Shown here: in pieces, positions 45,328 through 53,432 of the stretch
How the letters are laid out: each line of letters opens with the position of its first letter
Numbering within the stretch: the first letter of the stretch is position 1
Source of the DNA: Ascoidea asiatica JCM 7603
Taxonomy: Eukaryota > Fungi > Ascomycota
Reading direction: 5' to 3'
Assembly (NCBI GenBank): GCA_001600695.1
Contig: BCKQ01000002.1
Coordinates: 1,846,001 to 1,899,432, forward strand
DNA: 53,432 nucleotides
Notes under the pieces: model-generated
Seen by the model: the letters and a program-made list of their open reading frames with translations, nothing else
Told to the model about the DNA's origin: nothing
Databases searched by the model: none
Made by a program: the position numbers and the translations under genes

Positions 45328-46235
45328 TTAATTGTTAAGAAACTCAATTATGGGTTCTCCTATTGTCTGATAAGCATCTTTGGCCCAAAGAACATCTAAA
45401 TGAGAATATTTCTCAAGTCTTTTAACTTTAAACATTGGTTTATCATTATCATTATCAATATCATTATTAAAATTGAAATTTTCATTTTCATATTCATTGA
45501 AATGACTTACCAATTGTTCTCCATTAACTAAATTATCTTCAATTGGTATAAATAAATAAATTGAAGGATATTCTTTCATAAATTTAAACCATGATTTTTT
45601 ATATGGAAATATTGTATTTGAATTATTATAAAATCCTTTATTACTTATCCACCATATCATCATCTTACAACTTATATAAACTGGACTAAATAAAAATTGT
45701 CTATTTCTAAAAAATGGATTCCATAATTTATCATTCCAATTAAATAAAAAATTAAACATTAAATATGCAATTTTACAATAAATTATTTTTAAAAAATTTA
45801 TATTATTATTACTAATAAGTAAAAAATTTCTAATATTCATCATTATTGGCATAAAACTTAATATACCAAAAATTGAATTAAATAAAAAATTTGGAATTTT
45901 ATGCATAAATTTTATAAATAATTTTTCTGTTAATAAAATTCCTGGATAAATTGCAGGTGATAATCCAATAAATTTATCTATATATAAATTTATATCATTA
46001 AAATTATTTATTATTAAATATATTGTTATTGTTGTTCCTTGAGAATGTGCAATAATATTAATCTTATTTATCTCATTATTTCTATTATATTCATTAGTAT
46101 TAGAAATAAATTTAATCATTGAAATTAAATCAAATTTAGAAAATTCATTTATATTCCAATTCCAAAAATTTGGATTATTATCATTTAAATTTATATTTTC
46201 TGGATTAAATCCACATCTAAAATTACCTAACCAAA

Positions 46236-46283
<48 letters not shown>

Positions 46284-46800
46284 ATAAATAAAATCCTAAT
46301 GAATTTTTACCACTTGTTAAATATGCTCCAGATGATTGTAATAATCCATGTAATAATAATATTGGTTTTTTCTTATTTTGTTTTTCAATACTATTAATTT
46401 CTTTTGGATTTATTAATCTTTGTAAAATTATTGTAAATCCATCTGGTGTTATAATTTTATATTCTAATAATTTTAATCCATTTAATTCAACATAATAATT
46501 TAAATCATCAATTAAAAATTTTTCTTCTTTACTTTTTAAATTTTCTTCTTCTTCATTATTGATATTTCCATTATTTCTATTATTATTATTATTATGAATA
46601 TCATTATGATGAAATAAACTTATTATAAATACAATTAATAATCTAATTAAAGCAATTATCATTAATATTAATAAAAATATTGCTGATAAAACATTTGAAG
46701 AAATTTTAAAAAAAATTATTTTATATTTTGGATAAACTAATTCTTCTCTAGAAAGTAATTTCAGAGTTGATTTATTTGATCTTGAAGATCCACTATCCAT
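45328..46800 (-). CDS. Steryl ester hydrolase / AB-hydrolase lipase, Yeh1/Yeh2-like
   Basis: 490 aa. N-terminal TM helix, TPDGF.I.L, LLHGLLQSSG, nucleophile elbow AHSQG, YSHLDVLWA. Confidence 0.9.
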
Positions 46801-49602
46801 TTTATTTTAAACTATAATTCAATTTTCTTTTATTCTATTCTATTATAAATTAAATTAAATTGAATTAAGTCTGTTTTGATTTGAAATAAAAATGTAAATA
46901 TTATATACAGTATATATATATATTTCTTCCCATTTGAAAAAAAAAGATTAATTATCAATCAAGATGATAAACTCATTAAATATATCTATCTATATATATA
47001 TTTCAATATAATTTATCATATAATTCTATTGTTCCTTTGATTATTTTGAATTCCAAAGTTCAAATAACTAAAATGAACCTTCATTTGGCTCTTTCAATCG
47101 AAATAATCAAAAGTAATACCCGTTTCAACAATTCAGCATATATTTTTCACTATTTTATTGCTATTGTTGGCTTGTGTTCAATTTGTCACTTGAAATATCA
47201 ATAATCTATCCGGCACCGGATTGCCCAGTTTTACCGGATACACAGTCCTAGATATTTGCCCAGCCTCAACCGGTGTCCAATATTTTAATTGACTGTGCCA
47301 CTTTGTGGAGTGTTGACGCAAAAAACAATTCAACAGGCTTAAAGGTTTTGCGTACCCCGAAAATCAAGTCCGGGGCATGTGCGCCTCAAGTAAACTGACC
47401 TGCAGATTTTAATTTTATGGTCACCCGGATATACCTGTTTTTATTTCCCAATGCAGTGAACTTGGTTGGTGGTTCTCCAGCCCCACCCTCGGAAATGGTT
47501 TCTGCCGCAGAGCCCTAACTGTCGCGTGTATCTGTGGCTCGGCTGCCAGAGTTAGCTTCCAGCGGCAATAGCTCCCACACTAAAGTTAAATTCATTCTAT
47601 TATTCTGGTTAATTGTTATTGTTATATCTTGATTACCTTCAATCACAGTAATTAACTATTGTTCTGAGAATAATTCCAAATAATTCTATAATTATGTAAT
47701 TATTCAATTATATATATACTATTTTATTTTGATAATAATGATCTTTTGTGAAGAAAAAATATTCAAAGCTGATAATTTATGATAGTTTACGATGATTTTT
47801 ATCTTTTGTTTATTGAATGAAGTAAATCTTTATTACTTGTTATCGGTTCAAGTATTCCAACTCGTATTAAAACAATACAAATAAGTTTGATAATCTTATG
47901 TAGTGAATCATCTACGAAAACCCATTTTTTATATAATTTTTAATATAAATTATAATTTGTTGGATTTAAGCACACTAAAATTAAAAAAAAAATGTTTTAA
48001 AACTTATTCATAAAATTTTAACTCTGATTTGTTCCTGCCTTAGGGTATCAAAAACTGATTATGAATCTTATCAATTAGAATAAAGATAAATGTTACAAGA
48101 ATTAAAATTTTATTTTATGTATCATTTACTCCAATATTAAAATATGTAAAGAAAAAATTAAAAATTATTATTTTTTTACCTGGATTAGCTTAAATTCTTT
48201 TACCCAATCATTCAATTTTTTGTCTTTCAAAGCCAATTCTCTTCTCGAATTAATTCAAACTTCAATCAAAGGAAAGTTAATCAAAACAAAATTTTTATTT
48301 TTATCTATGTTGCGCCATGTTTATGGTTTATAAGAATTACCCTATATTTTATTTATAAAATTATTCTCCAAACAAAATCCTTATAATAATGTTTTATTTG
48401 TATTGTAAAAAAAAAAAAAAAAGGGAAAGAAAATGATACGTTGAAATTTTACAATATTCAAATCCGTAAGAATGTATAAAGGAGAACTGGAAACAAATTA
48501 ACCCAAAAATTACTTATTTTTGGACTCATGAAACCACAAATGTTACACATTTCCTACAGGTTCCTTTTTTTTTTTTGCTTTTCAATTTCAAATAAATGAG
48601 CACTATACTTTTTCAACGTGGTTTATTTTTGTTTTATTTAACTTAATTTCATATAAAAATTGATCTTTTAAGAGAATTTCGTTAAATTTCATTTCAAAAA
48701 AGAAATTACATTTTTTTTTTGGCTTTCATTACAAGACTAATTTAACTGAGAAATTAAGAACAAAAATTCAAATTTGAAAACCAAGTACAAATATCGAGTA
48801 TCAAAAGATATAAACTGCTAACCATCAGCTATCAGAAAGTAAGAAAACAAGTCTTATTTTATACTTTGATATATGAAAGCCTTTCATAATTAATAGTCAA
48901 TCTGACTTATTAAAAGATTAAAATAGCCTCTACGTCACGGAAAGTCCAGAGAATGAATTATTCCATTAATAATCTCCAATAATCTTTAACAATCAACAGC
49001 AATCCCAGAAGCCTTTCCTTTTTCTTCTATCCTCATATTCCAACCAACATCTCTGGCTCTTTTTCTTCTCTTTCTCTTCTCATTTCTTTCTTTCTTCATT
49101 CTTTCTTTTATTCTCCAGGCTCCAAAAACGTTCGCAAAACTCGCAAACATTGAAAAAGTTACCGAAAACAAATAGTTCGGGTCTGCAGAATGCCACCGCG
49201 CCAGACCGCCGGGCGAATGACACCGCTGCACTCGGCACCAGATATGCTCATGATTCAAATCTTTAATTTATAAAATTCTTATACGTAATTTAATTTTATT
49301 CAAAATTTATTTCATTTTATTATAAATTTGATTTGATTTGATCTGTCTTCAAGGCTATATTTTCACTGATAATTTCACTAATAATAAATTATAATAAACT
49401 ATTTTTATTTATCAGATATTTCTTTATCTTCTTTTTATTACAATAGAACTTCTTATTTAATTAATTCTTTATCCACACACTTAATTATTTTTATATTTTA
49501 TTCATCAATTCATTCATCAAATTCATTATCATTTTATATTACATATAAGTTAAACAAATAAGGGTAAATAGAATAATAATATAAAAATTACTATTTCATA
49601 TA

Positions 49603-50211
49603 ATGTCAAAGATTCAATTAAATAATATAATCTATGATTTTGATTTTATTTATAAACCAAAATTAAAAATTAATAAAAAATCATGTATTGGAATAAAATT
49701 AAATTTACCAACTGAAAAATCTCCAAAATTATGTTTAAGATTATTTGATTCAAATTTAAAAAATATTACAAATAAATTTTCTCCAAATAGTTTTTATATT
49801 GAAGCTGATGTTTATTCTTCTCAAATTATATTAAATAATTCTCAATTAATAAATTCATTTTCAAATAATAATATAAATGGTTTAAAAAATAATAAATATA
49901 ATAAAACTAATGATAAAACTGTTATTAATGATTATAATAATTATAATAATGATGATGATGATGATGATGATAATAATGATGATAGAGGAATGTTTTATGT
50001 TAAATTAAATTCAACTAAATATCCAGCTCCTGCAAAATTAATTGATGGTAATTATTTTCTTTTTACTTTTAATCCAGGTATTGAAATTAATATATTAAAT
50101 GATCAATCTTTAATTTTAGATTTTCAATTATATGAAAAAATAAAAACAGTAAAATTTGGTATTCCAATAGTTAAATCTCAAAGAATAACTGCAATTTCAA
50201 TGACAATATAG
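49603..50211 (+). CDS. Uncharacterised 202-aa beta-rich protein, possibly a divergent velvet domain
   Basis: Intact ORF with the same codon style as its neighbours and its own GC-rich promoter island (about 49110-49250); motif order resembles the velvet domain. Confidence refers to coding status, not to the domain. Confidence 0.8.
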   Translation: MSKIQLNNIIYDFDFIYKPKLKINKKSCIGIKLNLPTEKSPKLCLRLFDSNLKNITNKFSPNSFYIEADVYSSQIILNNSQLINSFSNNNINGLKNNKYNKTNDKTVINDYNNYNNDDDDDDDNNDDRGMFYVKLNSTKYPAPAKLIDGNYFLFTFNPGIEINILNDQSLILDFQLYEKIKTVKFGIPIVKSQRITAISMTI

Positions 50212-50378
50212 CCAAAATTTTATTTTTATTTTATTCAACAGCACAATCATTAACATCATATTATTTCAGTATAAATATTTACAAATTCATTGGTAAAATA
50301 TATCATATCATATCATATCATATCATAACATAACATTACCCAATATAATATAATAAAATTGTAAATTACATTTTTTAA

Positions 50379-52010
50379 TTAAATTATAATCTCACTGAAA
50401 TCCCCTTCACTAATTTTAACAAAATTTATGACTCCATTATCACTCATAGCAATTAAAAAATTTCTTTTACCATTTTTTAATCTATTACTTTTTTCTCTCT
50501 TTACTTTTTTTATGAGTGCTTGTTCTCTTTTCTCCTTTTCTTTTTCTTTTTCTTTTTCTTTTTGTGATTCATTTTCATTTGCTCTTGGTTTTGGTTCTAC
50601 TTTCGCTTGATTAATAGAATTTTTCCCACTTTTAATATAATTTTCATTAATTTTTTCATTATCAATAATAGATTTCTCATTTTTTCCACTCTTTTTCATA
50701 ATCTCAACATTATTCATTTTCACATTCCCACTTTTAACTTTATTTTTTTTTTTATTTTCTTTCACTTTTTCTCTTTCTTGTTCATTTTTGATTTGATTTT
50801 GATTTTGATTTTGATTTTGATTTTTATTTTTCTTTTTCTTTTTATGATTATTCACATTTCCATTATCATTTTCATCATCATTTTTATTATCTTTTTCATA
50901 ATTATAATCATCATTATACGTTTCATTAAATATTTTATAAATTTCATTTAAGGTTGGCATCTTATCTAAATTACTATTAAGAATACAAACTTGATAATCT
51001 GGTCTCATTGGTTTGCTTTTTTTAAAATTAACATTTCTTGATGGTTTCCATATATTATATATTATTTTTAAATTATCATCATTATTATTATCATTATTAA
51101 TTTCATTAAAGTTATTATTATATTCTATTAATTGTAAACTTTTAAAAATATCTTTATATGAACGATAATTTTTTGTAAGAAAATGTTCAGAATGAAAAAC
51201 TGGATATGATAAAAAATTTTTCTTTCTTAAATATTGAATAAATATTTCATAATTTTTTTTAACATTATAATTTAAACCAATAATAATATTCCAAAAATTA
51301 TTTAAGAAATTAAAACCATTTTTAATAACATTGCTAATACCATTTTTAATAACATTTTTAATATCATTTTTAATATCATTTTCATTGTTTTTATTTTTAT
51401 TAATAATATTTGATTTTTTTATTAATCCATCTTTTTTAAAAATTGAATATCTTTGAACTAAATACCCATGTCTTTTTAAATATGAATAAACCATATAATT
51501 ATCTAAATCTCTTATACTTCTTATACAATTACTATAACAATTTTGTAAACTTATAGGTAAACCATTTTCATAATAAACTTGTAAACTACCTCTTTCCAAA
51601 AGATATAAAACTTCTTCAGAATTTAAATAAATCTTATCATTAGAATTAGAATAACCAATATCTTTAAAATAATTACCCTTTGGATGAGAAATTATTGCTT
51701 TTCTTAAATCTTTTATCCATATTGCCTCAAGATGATTTTTATGAAAATGTTTTCTAGATTCAATAGATTCTTCTAAAACATCCCACATTGCATTTCTTGA
51801 ATCATTTAATACATTTAATTGAAATTTAGTTCCATCTGGTTCAAAATCTTTTTCACCTCTTTTTGGTAATAAATCATTTTTTTCATTTACATTATTTTTG
51901 GAAGTAGATTTAAGTTTACCCCAATTTTGAACTTCATTTGAAATATCTTCATCTTCTACTTCAAAACTTTCAAAAGCTTCACTTTTAGGATGCACAGGAA
52001 CTTCGCTCAT
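50379..52010 (-). CDS. SEN54: tRNA-splicing endonuclease subunit Sen54
   Basis: 543 aa. LPKRGEKDFEPDGT..Q, EEVLYLLERGSL, VYSYLKRHGY, C-terminal IAMSDNGVINF. Confidence 0.93.
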   Translation of the reverse strand: MSEVPVHPKSEAFESFEVEDEDISNEVQNWGKLKSTSKNNVNEKNDLLPKRGEKDFEPDGTKFQLNVLNDSRNAMWDVLEESIESRKHFHKNHLEAIWIKDLRKAIISHPKGNYFKDIGYSNSNDKIYLNSEEVLYLLERGSLQVYYENGLPISLQNCYSNCIRSIRDLDNYMVYSYLKRHGYLVQRYSIFKKDGLIKKSNIINKNKNNENDIKNDIKNVIKNGISNVIKNGFNFLNNFWNIIIGLNYNVKKNYEIFIQYLRKKNFLSYPVFHSEHFLTKNYRSYKDIFKSLQLIEYNNNFNEINNDNNNDDNLKIIYNIWKPSRNVNFKKSKPMRPDYQVCILNSNLDKMPTLNEIYKIFNETYNDDYNYEKDNKNDDENDNGNVNNHKKKKKNKNQNQNQNQNQIKNEQEREKVKENKKKNKVKSGNVKMNNVEIMKKSGKNEKSIIDNEKINENYIKSGKNSINQAKVEPKPRANENESQKEKEKEKEKEKREQALIKKVKREKSNRLKNGKRNFLIAMSDNGVINFVKISEGDFSEIII

Positions 52011-52391
52011 TTGAAAGTTTGATCAATCAATTCTAAAAAAGCAAATATAGATGATGCTGAATAAGTAAGTTTCAAAATATGTTCTGAATATATTCGAATA
52101 TATTTTCATTTTCTTCTCTGGTTTTAAAACCCCATGAAAAAATTAACCTCAGTTTCATTTCCATTGATTTTCTTTCGTTTGTTTGGATCCGCAGTTTTGG
52201 TTTTGGAGCACGCTGAAGATTTATTTTGTGCAAGTTCGAAAACGAGCATTTTTTTCAGTGTGGTTGGAAACATCAGCAAAGCTGGAATTGAAGAGAAAGA
52301 GAAGTTTGCCAATTGAGCAGAACAAGAGAATTGAATTGAATTGATATTGATATTGATATTGATATTGATATTGCAGTGGCTATTATTGAAT

Positions 52392-53231
52392 ATGAATGTG
52401 TTTATAAGGAGCTTGGCAAGTTACTCGAAGAAAAAAGTAGTTTCAGTGCAGCCTGTGGGGCCTTCTTCTTCTCAGCTCTTGAATGAGTTTAAAACTGAAT
52501 TTCAGTTTTTACCTAAAACTAAACTAGATAAATCAAATACAAATCGTTTTTTTAATAATTCAAACACAAAATTTGTTTGGGCTGCAGGTGAATTCAGTCA
52601 GATTCCAGGAGAAATTGAAAGAGGAGATGATCCAAGTATTCAAGAAGAAAAACTTAATGACCCGATTTTTAGGAATATTAATCAACTCCCAGAAGTTTTA
52701 TTTTTAGGAAGATCTAATGTTGGAAAATCATCTTTATTAAATGCTTTATGTTCACATTCTAAAGTAAAAAGTATTCAAACTTTTGCTAAAGTTTCAAAAA
52801 AAGCAGGTTCTACTAATACTATAAACTGTTATCTTGTAAATAATAAATTAAAAATCATTGATTCCCCTGGATATGGTGCAATGTCAGTCAGAACTCATGG
52901 AAATGTCATATTAGAATACATTGAGAAAAGAAGACAACTTCGAAGGGTATATTTGTTGGTTGGTAGTAAAGTTGGATTTAAAAAAGATGATTTTCAATTG
53001 ATCAAAATATTAATGGCAGGAGGACAACCTTTAGAAATAGTTTTTACAAAAATTGATAAAATAAAGAGAATTTTCTATTTAAAAAGTTATATTACTAATT
53101 TAGAAAATTGGTTAAAATCAGAAAATTTGAATGTTTCACCTGATTATCTTTTTACTTTAGTTTCAAAAGATAAAAGAGATGGTATAACTGAAGTGAGATA
53201 TTCAGTATTAGCTTCATGTGGTCTTGTTTAG
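52392..53231 (+). CDS. MRX8: Mitochondrial EngB/YihA-type GTPase
   Basis: G1 GRSNVGKS, G3 DSPGYG, G4 TKID. First ATG is at 52392; the track's upstream extension is a TTGATA repeat. Confidence 0.88.
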   Translation: MNVFIRSLASYSKKKVVSVQPVGPSSSQLLNEFKTEFQFLPKTKLDKSNTNRFFNNSNTKFVWAAGEFSQIPGEIERGDDPSIQEEKLNDPIFRNINQLPEVLFLGRSNVGKSSLLNALCSHSKVKSIQTFAKVSKKAGSTNTINCYLVNNKLKIIDSPGYGAMSVRTHGNVILEYIEKRRQLRRVYLLVGSKVGFKKDDFQLIKILMAGGQPLEIVFTKIDKIKRIFYLKSYITNLENWLKSENLNVSPDYLFTLVSKDKRDGITEVRYSVLASCGLV

Positions 53232-53432
53232 TTAAATCTGTTTTCTTCTTTCATTCTCTTCTTTTATATTGACGAATTTATTTCTCTTTAGTTTCAATCT
53301 TATAGCTGTAAAGGTACTTGTTGTAAGTTTATCAGATAATTTTAGACCCTTTCCGTTTTCAGTGCTTTTATCGTTTATCGGTGGTTTGGTCCAGTAAAAT
53401 CCATTTATACTTTGCAGCTAAGATCTGTATTT

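Noticed and set aside
9210-46800. A lipid-metabolism gene cluster (FAD, ERG5, POX, YEH)
   Set aside because: The genes are interspersed with unrelated housekeeping genes, belong to different pathways and share no promoter motif I could see.
50428-50951. Antisense or overlapping short ORFs here and within PMT, FAD, ERC1, the nexin, SLT2, ERG5 and ISA1
   Set aside because: Shadow frames of real genes or of low-complexity repeats.
52341-52391. N-terminal MILILILILIL extension of the GTPase
   Set aside because: It is the translation of a TTGATA repeat from a TTG; the first ATG is 52392.
1-53432. tRNA/rRNA genes, CRISPR arrays, LTRs, TIR transposons
   Set aside because: GTTCG words lack cloverleaf context, and no long direct or inverted repeats or transposase/RT motifs were seen by eye. 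Small snoRNAs cannot be excluded without a covariance-model scan.

Overview
Very AT-rich eukaryotic DNA from a budding yeast (Saccharomycotina). It has one spliceosomal intron with yeast-type GTATGT/TACTAAC/TAG signals, Asn-rich proteins and rare CTG codons; the style resembles Ascoidea or a relative (inference only). Recognisable genes: PMT2-family mannosyltransferase, a divergent FAD2/FAD3-type desaturase, ERC1 (MATE), an SNX41/ATG20 sorting nexin, SLT2 (2 exons; the ORF-track start is wrong), DCW1, ERG5, an acyl-CoA oxidase, ISA1, XKS1, SPC1, a YEH-type lipase, SEN54 and MRX8, plus three uncharacterised ORFs. No tRNA, rRNA, CRISPR or intact mobile element was seen. Best leads: (1) a candidate bicistronic SPC1-XKS1 mRNA (35-nt spacer, no internal AUG in SPC1); (2) a 202-aa orphan whose motif order follows the velvet domain; (3) an unannotated 43-aa Cys/His zinc-ribbon microprotein; (4) a desaturase altered around all three His boxes; (5) a ~1.7-kb AUG-free leader; (6) a decayed orphan gene next to the oxidase; (7) GC-rich promoter islands built from 9-11-bp tandem duplications. 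All family assignments come from motif recognition by eye, not database searches.
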